Positions 41,663 to 52,609 of a DNA stretch of 64,000 bases are shown here, piece after piece. The stretch lies in assembly GCA_965218785.1 (NCBI GenBank), contig OZ244650.1, positions 1,120,001 through 1,184,000 on the forward strand, given 5' to 3'. Below the pieces are notes generated by a model. The model searched no databases and was not told the DNA's origin. It saw only the letters and a list, made by a program, of their open reading frames with translations. The DNA comes from Nitrosopumilus sp. GTDB taxonomy: Archaea > Thermoproteota > Nitrososphaeria > Nitrososphaerales > Nitrosopumilaceae. A program made the translations under genes and the position numbers. Positions within the stretch are counted from its first letter, which is position 1. Each line of letters starts with the position of its first letter.

Positions 41663-42780
41663 TATGCTTCTTCCTCTATCACCATGCTGAGGTATTTGTT
41701 TCCTAGTGTTTTGATTTCTTTTAATTCTTTGGGTTCTAGTTTAAGTTTCTGCAAGTAGTTTTCAAATTCTTCATTGATTGAACCAATTTGAGAAGACGAT
41801 ACATTGTTGCCTTCATCAAATTTCCAATTATACACAGGTTCATAATGCAATGTATCTGACATGATTTGTCGAATTTTTTGCAAATCTAAGGAAGCATGGA
41901 CATGACGTGGTATATTGTCAAATGTTACTTTGATAATTTTATCATCTATTTTTCCAGAAACCATTTCTTCTAGTTTATCCATAACCTCTGATGCGCTAAG
42001 TTTTTCACAATCAATTGGATCAAAGACTAGCATGTCACGCGCATTTGTTGGAATGTGTTTTATTGAAAAGTCATTAAGAGTAACTTCTACAAAACCTTTC
42101 TTGTCTTTGACTTCACTGAAGCTAAGCCTTTCAGGAGAACTACAATAGTAAGCATTTTCCTTGATTTTCAAAAATTTGTGATAGTGTCCTAATGCGATAT
42201 AATCAAAATCACTTTTGAGAGCAGATTTAGGAATTGTCTGTTCTTTGAATTCTCCCCAAGATGCTTCAGCAACATCACGTATGGCTGTGTGTGCAACCAT
42301 TACGTTATATTTGAAAGATTTGTCTACTTTTAGTTTTTTTATATTCTCTTGCAAGTCCTCATCAGAATACGAATGAGGAATTGCATGTATTGCACATTCT
42401 CCAATTTTTAGTTTTTCATATTTACCGCCAAAAACAGGATAAATGTCTTGAAAGTATTGTAATATGTTAAATATTGTATCTGTAGATTTTTGTCTTGGTG
42501 TGGAATGATTTCCTGCTATTATGACAGTGGGAATATGTTCCTGGGATAACCGAGATATTTGTTTTAGTGCCACAGAAATCGCTCGATTTGATGGACGTAT
42601 GCTGTCAAACAAATCTCCTGCATGAATTACAAGATCCGGTTCTGTTGTGATGATGTGGTCTACTATCTCTTTGAAGACATTATAGATGTCGTTTTCTCGT
42701 TTGTTGATTCCAGATTCAGAGTCAAATCTGCCATAGTCGGAATATCCTAGATGTGTGTCTGAAAAATGTACTATCTTCAT
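41662..42780 (-). CDS. sbcD: SbcD/Mre11 nuclease
   Basis: HFSDTHLG, HAGDLFD, AGNHS, YIALGHYH, SSPERLSFSE; coupled to sbcC. Confidence 0.92.
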   Translation of the reverse strand: MKIVHFSDTHLGYSDYGRFDSESGINKRENDIYNVFKEIVDHIITTEPDLVIHAGDLFDSIRPSNRAISVALKQISRLSQEHIPTVIIAGNHSTPRQKSTDTIFNILQYFQDIYPVFGGKYEKLKIGECAIHAIPHSYSDEDLQENIKKLKVDKSFKYNVMVAHTAIRDVAEASWGEFKEQTIPKSALKSDFDYIALGHYHKFLKIKENAYYCSSPERLSFSEVKDKKGFVEVTLNDFSIKHIPTNARDMLVFDPIDCEKLSASEVMDKLEEMVSGKIDDKIIKVTFDNIPRHVHASLDLQKIRQIMSDTLHYEPVYNWKFDEGNNVSSSQIGSINEEFENYLQKLKLEPKELKEIKTLGNKYLSMVIEEEA

Positions 42781-42990
42781 ACTCTATCTAGTTGGGATTA
42801 GTAGATAAGTGATGAGTTTAAACTTGAAGGAATTTCTTGACAGGTTGATTCCCACATAGGTCATAGATTTTATCTTTTTTTCCCTAATGACTTTGTTTGT
42901 TTTTTCTTGGAATCAATCTCTTTACCAGATATTACATTTTCAGTACCACCAGAATTTCGTTTTTTATTCACATATTGATGGTCACATTAT

Positions 42991-43650
42991 TTATGCCAAT
43001 AAACCTGTGTAGGGTTTTACAAGATTCCAAAATTCAAAAGGTCTTATCAAGGTTAATCCAGTAAAATTTTTAATTTGAATTTTATTCTTCAAAAGTTTTT
43101 CATCCATAGTCATAAAATAATTACATTGAAGTCTTATTGCATCACATATCAATTCTTTATCACATTTACTTAGAAATCCAATTTTTGGGAAGAATTTTTC
43201 TAATATCTGTTGGTTCTGATCATGAAAGACTGGAATATCACCATCATGTTCATTTATTACATCACAGTAATCCTTCAAATCAAAAATATATTGTGCATAA
43301 TGCATATTTCCTTTTCGGATGATCTCACTGATTACGTTTGGAGAGATGACCAATCGAAAATTACTTCTAGAAAATCCAAATAAATTCCTTAATGATTCAA
43401 TGTTTCTTGTCCCATTTTTATTCTTAGATAATGTATCATTAATCAGAACATCTTGATTATCAAATATTTCTTCATCATATTTTATCAAACAATGAACTGT
43501 ATTTGTATCTAAGAAAATTCTCGAAAATATTCGCTCAAAGTCTTGTAATGATGAATTTGGCAATGTTATTCTTTCAAACAATAATATAAAAATCTTAAGC
43601 ATGATGATTCTGTGTAATCTTCGGGTGGTTTTTCCCATAATAAAATACAA
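42991..43650 (-). CDS. PIN-domain protein (start probably downstream of 43650)
   Basis: IFLDTNTV, ISPNVISEI, DKELICDAI, FMTMDEKL. Confidence 0.75.
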   Translation of the reverse strand: MYFIMGKTTRRLHRIIMLKIFILLFERITLPNSSLQDFERIFSRIFLDTNTVHCLIKYDEEIFDNQDVLINDTLSKNKNGTRNIESLRNLFGFSRSNFRLVISPNVISEIIRKGNMHYAQYIFDLKDYCDVINEHDGDIPVFHDQNQQILEKFFPKIGFLSKCDKELICDAIRLQCNYFMTMDEKLLKNKIQIKNFTGLTLIRPFEFWNLVKPYTGLLA

Positions 43651-43830
43651 ATGAGAATGATGAAATGGCGGTTAATAGATGTGGCATATTGAGGATCGTG
43701 GAGGATGTTAGAAATGACATTAATCCTGGATGAGATAAATGACGGATTATGGATAACCCGTATGTTTAGTTTGTTAAGTTAATTTCAGGTCTCAGAACAG
43801 AAAATACAGGCAGATAAATGATACAAAAAA

Positions 43831-44739
43831 CTACCAACAGGACTTTTCATCAACCACCTCTTTTTCAAAACTGCTCGGATGATACAGGTATCCAGGTCCC
43901 AGACTCTGTTCAAAGTCTTGAACAATCACCAGTTCATTTGAATCAAATGTAATTCCAATGGAAACAGATTCATGATCAGGATTAATGATGTTGTCCCGAT
44001 GACCCCAGTTGGCATGAGCGTCATCGAACATCATGTCATAGTTTGCATCCAATATCGCCTGTTCCATATTCCAGATACTCCCATAACCTCCAGCAAGATT
44101 TTCAGAAACCAAATACATTTTATCATTATTGTTTTTGTATCTAAGCATTGGACCATCACCCGAATTTGAAACATGATGAATGCATCTTTCTTGTGCCAAT
44201 TGCTCAGCATAAACCTGTGGAGCCTTGGCATTACCCAGAGTGATTAGACCTACTTTGTTGTTTTTTCTATACTTGTTGATATCATCCAATGTGATCTGTC
44301 GAAGTTCATGTAACGAGGGCGGTTCAGGAGGTTCAAATGAAGGTATTTCAATTTCAGGTATCTGTATTTCAGGTATTTTGATATATGAAATCGGTAGAAA
44401 TGTCGGATTATCACGGATGATGTTCTCAACTGCCAGTCGTGCTTTGACTAAAGAATCCACAGAGTATTCAATGAATTCAGAAATAATCGGAGGCAAGTTT
44501 ATTTCATCAGAGATTTTTTTTAAATCATCTATCTCAAATATCCCCAATACAAAAAGAAACACAAGACCCACAATTATAACTCCAATCCATATGCCCACAT
44601 TTTTTAATCGTTTTTTATTTTGATTGTTTTTGTAGGAACCCTGAATTATATTTCCATCATATCTATTGTCATATTTTCCGTCTTTCCAACCTCTCCAATC
44701 ATCAGGGGTATTTTCTGCCGTATCATCCCATCTTCCCAT
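43831..44739 (-). CDS. Membrane-anchored CAP/SCP-domain protein
   Basis: TM helix, then DINKYRK, IHH, SENLA, WGHRDNIINP, SIGI, VQDF. Confidence 0.8.
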   Translation of the reverse strand: MGRWDDTAENTPDDWRGWKDGKYDNRYDGNIIQGSYKNNQNKKRLKNVGIWIGVIIVGLVFLFVLGIFEIDDLKKISDEINLPPIISEFIEYSVDSLVKARLAVENIIRDNPTFLPISYIKIPEIQIPEIEIPSFEPPEPPSLHELRQITLDDINKYRKNNKVGLITLGNAKAPQVYAEQLAQERCIHHVSNSGDGPMLRYKNNNDKMYLVSENLAGGYGSIWNMEQAILDANYDMMFDDAHANWGHRDNIINPDHESVSIGITFDSNELVIVQDFEQSLGPGYLYHPSSFEKEVVDEKSCW

Positions 44740-44964
44740 ATCTGATCATTTTTTGTGTAGATTTTATATTAATATCTGTTAAAAATTCCGTATAAACTTT
44801 CTGCAATGATTTTAAAATTAATCATGTCTATCATGGACGAAAACGATCCTCATCAAGGATCCTACCAAGATAATTGAGCGGAGTTACAGGGGATCTGCCA
44901 GTAAAGTTTTTGACGTATTAAATAAAACAGCTCGAAAAGAACAGATAGTGATATGGGATAAATC

Positions 44965-45056
44965 AGAGTGGTTGTAATCCCAGTATGATGTTTTACCTCC
45001 CAACTTGCTCAAAAAGTGTATGTATGCAAGCGGTCTCATTTTAGCGGGGTCCACCA
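44965..45056 (-). mobile_element. IS3 left end joined to a short orfB fragment
   Basis: tgttttacctcccaacttgctcaaaaagtgtatgtatgcaagcggtctcattttagcggggtccacCA, preceded by agagtggttgtaatccc (reverse complement of orfB-end sequence). Confidence 0.8.
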
Positions 45057-45530
45057 GTTTCTCTCAATTTGATTTTAAATCCTTAAATTAATGCAAGTGA
45101 CAAATCAATCTATGATGAAGAAAACATATGATCACATAACGGACAATAGGATTTTCTGGCTTGTGCATTATAAAGAACTTGATATTTATCAACCAGTTTA
45201 CGAATATGCAAATCGAAAGTATATTCAATAGTGTGTTTTTTGATGCACTTGTAAATTCGGGCGGTAGGCACAAGACAGCGATCTGACAAACCCACAATTT
45301 ATTCCAAAAATCAAGTCCAAATGAACAATAATTTTGAGTTTATCAACCAATTCAGCATCTAAAAAACAGATGGTTCATGACAGACTGGATTTCAAATCCA
45401 CTCTGTATTGACATTTTGAATTGATGACAGTTTGGAACATGACTTGAATTCAGGATTGATTACAATCCATTTCTTGAAAACATATTACTGGAATTGTTTT
45501 TATCAAAGCTTGATTCCATTGCTCACAGAG

Positions 45531-46118
45531 TCATTTTACTTTTATTTTACCGATGAAATTTTTATCGTGATTAAACATTCCATGAATTTCATATATCCCA
45601 TTAATTTTACTTCCACCAGAATACTTAATCTTCCATCCAAAATATATTATCCGATCATCCGGCACACTAAACTGTTCGGCAGTAAAATCAATATTCAAAT
45701 TTATACTCTCATTTGGACCCATGTCAAACACATCATCTAATTTATTAAATTGATATTCAGATTTTTTTTCTGATGATATATAATGGCTTGAAATGATATT
45801 TTGGGCAGGCATTGAACCATGATTATAAATTTGCATGTTAATTGAATTGTTATTTAATTCAAGAGGTTTCCCCCCTTCCCTTCCAATCCAGGGTCTTAAT
45901 CTGTTTTTTATCTCCTTTCTATATGTAAATATTTGAAATATCGTTGTAAAACCAAGTATGCCATTTACCATAATAGAGGACGCTGTGATCAATCCAATAT
46001 TATCCAATTCGGCTGATTTTTCAAAGTCATGCATCAGTCCAAAGCTGTCCTCCACAAAATATGTTATAATCCCAATTGACACCATGCATATAATTATTAA
46101 TTTTAGCTTAATTGACAA
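45531..46118 (-). CDS. Membrane-anchored hypothetical protein
   Basis: Two N-terminal TMs, then RPWIG...IYNHGSMPAQNI; overlaps the upstream methyltransferase gene. Confidence 0.6.
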   Translation of the reverse strand: MSIKLKLIIICMVSIGIITYFVEDSFGLMHDFEKSAELDNIGLITASSIMVNGILGFTTIFQIFTYRKEIKNRLRPWIGREGGKPLELNNNSINMQIYNHGSMPAQNIISSHYISSEKKSEYQFNKLDDVFDMGPNESINLNIDFTAEQFSVPDDRIIYFGWKIKYSGGSKINGIYEIHGMFNHDKNFIGKIKVK

Positions 46119-47331
46119 TGCTTTTCCCAGATTGTGAAGTTTCAGTATTTTTGTTATTGGGCGAAGAGCCAGGTCGCTTTAATTCAAGCAGGAAGTAGAC
46201 GGTATTTGAATTGGTTTTGGTGTATTGCTTGATTATAGAAAATCCACGATCAACAAGCATATCCGAAAATGATGACGCGTTAAATCTCGTGGAATAACCT
46301 AGAACAAATGCCGGCTTTTCTTTTGGAGTATAAACAATTGCAACAGTCTTTGATTTGGGATCAGGACTGATACGAATCTTCTTTTGTGAATCTGAGGAAA
46401 GTTTGTATTTTTTTATAAAATTATCCATGTTACCGACAGAAATTATTTCTGCGTTAATTTTATTAGAATCAAAATCCAACCCCTCAAAATCTTTGCAATT
46501 TCCTATGCGTCTGCCATTTTTATAGATCGGTCTATTATCTTTTGATAATTTATTCAAAAGTTCTATCGGACTAAAGCAAAATTTCTTTACAAATTCATCA
46601 TTATATGATTCACAGAGTTCATCATCGGTTCTGCCTCCAATCATTTCAACATCCATCAATAACAATGATCTTTCAGTCATAATATCCTTAAAAGAATCAA
46701 AAATATTGGGAATTGATGCGTTATACACTATTCCCAATGCAGTTATCAATACACATTCTGAATCTCCAAAGTCTTCTGATGTTGTCTTTGTAAAATCAGT
46801 CAGACATGGTTTTATAATCAGGGTTTTGCTAAATATTTCTTGTTCATAAAGTTTGTAGGTCTCCCTCATTCCGCGCATTAAAAGTGGGTAAGATAAATCC
46901 ACAGGAATAAATGTTAGAAGGTTATTGTCATATGTGTATTCATCTAAAAATACAGATAAAAGCTCTATTTCTTTTTCTGCACCACCAAAACCTAATGATA
47001 TGATATCCATTTTGGGGGGTTTGTTTTTTGAGCCACCCCCCCCCCCCCCCCCCGATTGAAACTTATCTAATGTGATTTCCAATATGTCACTGACATATGT
47101 TTTAATAAGATTTTTGCTTTCCTTAAATGTCTTGTATTTATCTCCTGATGAATTTAATCTTACATAAGAGTCCGCACCTGCTTCATTAAAATACCAATAT
47201 TTTTCTTCTATCACTCTTGAGGTCATGGCATCTATTACAAGATCTTCTGGAACCGGCACAGGTGTGTTATCCAAAGTCTTGGGTATACTATCCAGATCAA
47301 TATATGTCTCAATGAATGTTTTCCGTTCCAA
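46108..47331 (-). CDS. EgtD-like (Methyltransf_33) SAM-dependent methyltransferase with an in-frame poly-G tract
   Basis: EKYWYFNEAGA, IISLGFGGAEKE, IPVDLSYPLL, LGIVYN, ESYND, STRF; G18 encodes a poly-Gly stretch. Confidence 0.65.
   Translation of the reverse strand: MERKTFIETYIDLDSIPKTLDNTPVPVPEDLVIDAMTSRVIEEKYWYFNEAGADSYVRLNSSGDKYKTFKESKNLIKTYVSDILEITLDKFQSGGGGGGGSKNKPPKMDIISLGFGGAEKEIELLSVFLDEYTYDNNLLTFIPVDLSYPLLMRGMRETYKLYEQEIFSKTLIIKPCLTDFTKTTSEDFGDSECVLITALGIVYNASIPNIFDSFKDIMTERSLLLMDVEMIGGRTDDELCESYNDEFVKKFCFSPIELLNKLSKDNRPIYKNGRRIGNCKDFEGLDFDSNKINAEIISVGNMDNFIKKYKLSSDSQKKIRISPDPKSKTVAIVYTPKEKPAFVLGYSTRFNASSFSDMLVDRGFSIIKQYTKTNSNTVYFLLELKRPGSSPNNKNTETSQSGKSIVN
47036..47053 (-). repeat. 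Homopolymer G18 (C18 on +)
   Basis: Counted directly in a very AT-rich context. Confidence 0.9.
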
Positions 47332-47537
47332 TATTTTTCAATATTTGGCAAGTTATTATAAAATGTTATGTAATGGCTACACGTAAAGGGTCAAGTCGAC
47401 CCTAGTATCTCAAGCAGTTTTTCTGTCGTATTTAACCCTCTTCTGCACCATGTTAGAATACACGTCATTAGTATCCCAAACATCTTCATTCCACCCACCA
47501 TTATCTTTAATTTAAGATGAGGAAATTTTATTTTAAA

Positions 47538-48500
47538 CTATCCATCTTTTTTTATTAAAAATCGTAATATCGACATAAATTTTTGTTCAAAGTCATATTT
47601 AGATAGTCGGCTATTCTTCCGAAATAATGTAATCTCTATTAACTTACCTACATCTTTTTTACTGTCATCGTGTATTGGATATGATTTAGATTCCAAAGTT
47701 CCATTCTTCTGTGGTTCTTGATCTTTATTTAGCACTTTTATAACAACAAATCTGTCTGATAGTTTTTTATCATCTGGTACAAATCCATCTGTGGATATTA
47801 GAATGTCTGTTTTAGGATTAAAACTTAAATCATCATTCAATTTAAAATATGCATTTTTTTCCACCACACATGTATATTTTTTATCCTCTAATGTAAAACA
47901 AAATCCATTTTCTAGTGCTTTTGTTGATATGTTATAGAATTCAACAGTTTGCTTGAAATATTGAAGTATTTGATCTCTAGAATTTATTTTATCTTTATCA
48001 ATATATGATACATTCACAGATTCATTAAGAAATTCTATAATTCTATCAATATGTAAGAGAAATGCAGAAACGGTTCTTGTACATGTAATTTCTAAACCAG
48101 TTACATATACTTCATTGTCATTTTTACCTCGTATTCCTCTATGATCAACACAGGAAATAGAAGAGCCGGATCCAGGCATATCGGTGTCGGTTATTCTTAT
48201 TAGAACATATTTTTCCATAGGATCATTGTTACTTGCTAAAAACGTATCTTGGCATATCAAAATATCTGTTCTTGGATCAAATGTGATTTCAGGCGATATT
48301 AATTTAACCGTAGATTTTATTTCTTTATTAAAACATCTATATTTTTTGTTTTGGAGTATGAAATAAAATCCATCATCATCACTACCGCATTTTATATGAT
48401 AATTTTGGGTGTGAAAATATGGTTCAGATTGATTCGGGTCTTCAATATGCTTTTGAAAAACTGCAACAAGATCCTTTATTGTGATATCTCTTTTAGACAT
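47538..48500 (-). CDS. Hypothetical protein with an internally duplicated ~150-aa domain
   Basis: GFYFILQNKKYRC..FDPRTDILI..KYVLIRI vs GFCFTLEDKKYTC..FNPKTDILI..RFVVIKV. Confidence 0.65.
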   Translation of the reverse strand: MSKRDITIKDLVAVFQKHIEDPNQSEPYFHTQNYHIKCGSDDDGFYFILQNKKYRCFNKEIKSTVKLISPEITFDPRTDILICQDTFLASNNDPMEKYVLIRITDTDMPGSGSSISCVDHRGIRGKNDNEVYVTGLEITCTRTVSAFLLHIDRIIEFLNESVNVSYIDKDKINSRDQILQYFKQTVEFYNISTKALENGFCFTLEDKKYTCVVEKNAYFKLNDDLSFNPKTDILISTDGFVPDDKKLSDRFVVIKVLNKDQEPQKNGTLESKSYPIHDDSKKDVGKLIEITLFRKNSRLSKYDFEQKFMSILRFLIKKDG

Positions 48501-48542
48501 AAAATGATATCGGACTAGTATAATTTATGCGTGATTAATCCA

Positions 48543-48570
48543 GGTTCTGTAGGGTTATAGAGACCTGAAA
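48543..48570. repeat. IS6-like terminal sequence, inverted degenerate copy
   Basis: ggttctgtagggttatagagacctgaaa approximates the reverse complement of 3449-3476. Confidence 0.45.
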
Positions 48571-48624
48571 TATGGATCTTCTCTGGGATTGAAAATTATG
48601 ATTGATTATTTTTTAGCTTTTTGA

Positions 48625-51600
48625 TCAAAAAAGTCCTTGCTGTGAAATAACTTTTTCTTTATCTCCCCCATTGAATGATGGTTCATTGGATAATCGGGTA
48701 CGTATGTCATCAATTGAATGATCTATTTTAAGAATTTTAAGAATTCCATCATCTATTTTCTTCCTTGTTTCATCCTCACAAATTTTCTTCATTTCTAATA
48801 ATGGGCATTCTTTGTATTCGTCAAATATTTTGTTAAATTCATTTATCTGTTGTTTAGTTAATTTGGAAAAATCCAAAACCGCCATTTTTTTCATAGATGT
48901 TGTAGATGACAGTCCACGTCCAAAAATCTGCTTGCCACTATTGAGCCAAAAACACAGAATCCCCAAAGTAGAATTTCCCCATACAGCAAATGCCTTTGCA
49001 TATTCATCTTCAATATTGTAACTCGGAACTGACGCTCCAACTCCGAGAGTTTTTTCATTTGTATACATTACAATTAATTTTTGACTGGTATATCTTGCCA
49101 AAATATTCAGATGTATTTTAGTTGCCGTTTTTGCAATGTTTTGAGTTTTTTCATTATCAACAACGCTTTTGGGAATCGCAGCTTTATCTGGTCGGATAAC
49201 AAGACATATTTGATTTTTTGCATCATTATTATGAAGCCCGTAATATAATGTGGTGCTATCGATGGGGGAGAGTGTGAATGGGGCCCTCTTATCATTTGGT
49301 TTATTGTCTGCGATATCTCTTGATATGGGACCGAATTTATCACCCAAAACAGTCATGGGAACATCATATGATTTCCCCACCCCCCCCCCCCCCCCCGAAT
49401 ATTTTTAATTTACCATTCATTAAATTCCTCCCAAATTGTAAAATATAACCATCTAGAACTCCAACAAACCACCAATCGAATCTTAATGGGCAATCCATCA
49501 TACTGCCTACTTTTCTTTCTCCAACAATAATCGGAGTTGCCCCATTTTGTTCATCTTCAAGTTTATGGATGTTATTATTTTTCGTAATCTTTTCAACAGT
49601 TTCTAACGCACTTAGAATTGATTTTGGTCTGTGTGTGAGAACTATGAATTTTCCACGTTTGATTTTATATTCAGATAGTTGTTCTTCCAATCGCATTATT
49701 TTTTGATTGAGTTCTTTGTTTTTATTAATCAGATTATCTTTGTTGATTGATTTTTTCTTGTTTTTATGATTCAGCAACCCATTATTTTTTTTAATTGTTT
49801 TTTTCAAAGATGTGACGTTTTTTTGAAGGGAATCAATTTCTTCTATTCTTTCGGTGGATTCTTTTTTTGCTATTATGAGCATTTCATTTAGATTCGTATC
49901 AAATGAGAATGAACCATCATTATCAGAACCAAAATTCTTTATGTGTTCTGATTCTTTTGAACTTCCAGCTATGCTCACAATATTAACATCAATATATTTT
50001 AATTTGAACAATTCTCTACACTTTGACCATGAGGAACCATCTGATAACGTAGAAGGTAGTACCATCCCCATAGTACCTCCAGGTACTAATTTTTTATCCG
50101 CCAATGCAATGAAATGTGTGGCATAACCTGCATTACCATCAGCACATGTATCTGCAAATATTTTTTTTTCAAGTTTAGCCATTTTCCTCTGATCATCTGG
50201 CTTAATATCGAATGATGTAAACATGGCAAGCCCTTCCTTCCCACCTTCTCGGGTATTACTGGTAAATGGAGGATTCATTATGATATAATCTATTGAAGTA
50301 TCCGCAATCTCATGAGACATGTATTTTTTTTCTTTGTTTTTCCCAATATACGTCCCTTGTTCATCAAGTGTAGTATATGGCAAAATATGATCCAATGAGC
50401 CAAGATTATATGTTCCATTATTTTTACCCAATCCAATAGTGCTAATTTTTGTATCGTCTATGGTTATTTTTGGAAATATCCCTGCCAGAGAGGATACTGT
50501 CAAATGTACAGCACTTGGTAATACATCAAATCCAATTATACAATTTTCTATTACTTTACTATGAATTTCTCTCATATTACCACCATTAATTTCATAATTC
50601 ATTATCAACTGTTGGTATGCAGTAGTCAACAATGTTCCAGTTCCACAAGCAAAATCTGCAATTTTGATTTTCGTTATACTATCTTCATTTTCGTATATCA
50701 TATGTTTTGAATTTGGAATGACCAATCCTGCAAGTAATGTTGCAGAAGTGGGTAATGTATAAAATGAAGCAAGTGTTTTTCTATCCGAGATCGTTTTTTG
50801 AATTAAAGAACCATACATATCAGTTGAACGACTCAATTTAGATACGGATACTCGATTAGAAATACGTTGAAGATTCTCAAGAATATTCTGTGCAGTGTCA
50901 TTATTGATGTAATTTAAAATCTTTTTTGCTACATCAAATATTGCAAAATAATTTATCTCCAAAATTTTATCCCAGGTATCATTTAATTCATTCAAATTAA
51001 CGATTCCCAGATATGTGATATCCCTTATTGTTTTTATTTGATGCTCACCTGCAATATTGCTATGAAAAATAAATGCATTTGATAAAATCAATCCAGCCAT
51101 TTTCCATGTTTGTTCATTTGGTTTTTGAAAAAGTAATTTGGAAATTCTTTCTTTTGTAAATTCACCTGAACCTTGTATTAATTCTGAAATTGAATCAATA
51201 ACATCATTCAAGAAATCAACATCCTTAACTATCTCCTTTGAAGATAGAAATGCTATTTGAGATACTTTTGCAATGTTGTGAAGCGTTCCAGTTAACCAGC
51301 CATTTGTTGGAAATCGATCTGGGCTATAAACTGCATAATTAAGTTTTTTTGTTTTTTTTAATTCTTCTGAAATGTCCAAATCAATATTTCTAAAATTTTC
51401 TGGGATTTGAACTGCAATCACAATTTCAACTTTCTTACCATTTTTAAACTCTTGATCGAGTTTGTCTTTTGCATCTTTTTCTGGATTATTTGGGTGGATT
51501 TCATTTTCTATGATCACGTTCACTAACCCATCTTCCTTAATTAAAATATCTGGTCGCTTGTGCTTATTTTTAAACACATGCAATGGTTGACTGCTAACTG

Positions 51601-51670
51601 TCCAATTATACCTCATGTCATTTAGAATTTTGGCCATTTCATAACTTATGTTATCTTCGAAATTTTTCAT
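48625..51670 (-). CDS. Type IIG restriction-modification fusion (REase + gamma-class m6A MTase + TRD), frameshifted at a poly-G tract
   Basis: RPDILI..IIENE; FYT; IADFACGTGTLL; IIMNPPF. G17 at 49380-49396 separates the 768-aa and 251-aa ORFs; G16 would give one ~1014-aa frame. Confidence 0.85.
49380..49396 (-). repeat. Homopolymer G17 (C17 on +)
   Basis: Counted directly; sits exactly at the junction of the two R-M ORFs. Confidence 0.9.
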
Positions 51671-51842
51671 CTTTACACCTTTTTCTTTATAATTGCTAAT
51701 AGTTTTAACTATTCCTTGAAAACTTCTTTTTATATGTCAGAAATAACTATATCCTTAACTAATTCTGAGATTGTTTTCTTATTGAATAATTGATTCATTC
51801 ATCATCATTGTTTATCCCACTCTAGCTTGTTGATGTGAATTC

Positions 51843-51912
51843 TGGTGGGGACCCCGCTAGAATGAGACCGCTTGCATACGTACACTTTTTGAGCAAGTTG
51901 GGGGATAAAACA
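51843..51912 (+). mobile_element. Solo 70-bp IS3 left end
   Basis: TGgtggggaccccgctagaatgagaccgcttgcatacgtacactttttgagcaagttgggggataaaaca. Confidence 0.85.
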
Positions 51913-51955
51913 TGGATCTTTAAGGGATTTTTTGAGTTTAATTATTTTTTCAAAT

Positions 51956-52267
51956 TCACTGGGCTGAAATATTATGGTATTGAGTTTGCATTTGATGAAA
52001 CAACCCCATAATTATTAGTAAAATTCCATATTTAAAAAGTCTCGGGTGCTCAATGTTTGCATCGGGTTTTTGAATAAATCCTAAGAGATAAGATTTGTAT
52101 AAACTAAACAGCATAAAAATGAATCCTAATAATTGATATCCACTAGCAAAAAAATATTGAAGATTATTTTTATCATATTCAAAAATACCAGTAGAAACAA
52201 TTGATATTAATAGTGGAAATAGTAATCCAACTACAATTATTAATTGTGCTTGTCCAAAATCCATCAA
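51956..52267 (-). CDS. Small membrane protein
   Basis: Three hydrophobic helices; bracketed by two direct IS3 left ends. Confidence 0.55.
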   Translation of the reverse strand: MMDFGQAQLIIVVGLLFPLLISIVSTGIFEYDKNNLQYFFASGYQLLGFIFMLFSLYKSYLLGFIQKPDANIEHPRLFKYGILLIIMGLFHQMQTQYHNISAQ

Positions 52268-52364
52268 TTATTAAATAATTATAACAAGATATATTTCTTA
52301 TAATTGATATTATTTCCCGAAGTCTGGAATAATTCTTTGAATGCATTAGTATTGGTAGAAACCT

Positions 52365-52434
52365 TAGTGGAGATTCCGCTAGAATGAGACCGCTTGCATA
52401 CATACACTTTTTGAGCAAGTTGGGGGATAAAACA
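52365..52434 (+). mobile_element. Solo 70-bp IS3 left end
   Basis: Near-identical direct copy of 51843-51912. Confidence 0.85.
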
Positions 52435-52609
52435 TCATCCAAGTAGAATCATCTACCGCAAAGTTACTATAACATACGGCAAGATTGATCATCTAGAGGT
52501 TCTATTTTATCTGAAATCTCTGCCAATTCTTTCTTTAACTTTTCTTTATTGGGACTAGTTTTAGAATTATTTAATTTTCTTACCACTTTCCTAAGATCAT
52601 TGATGATAT

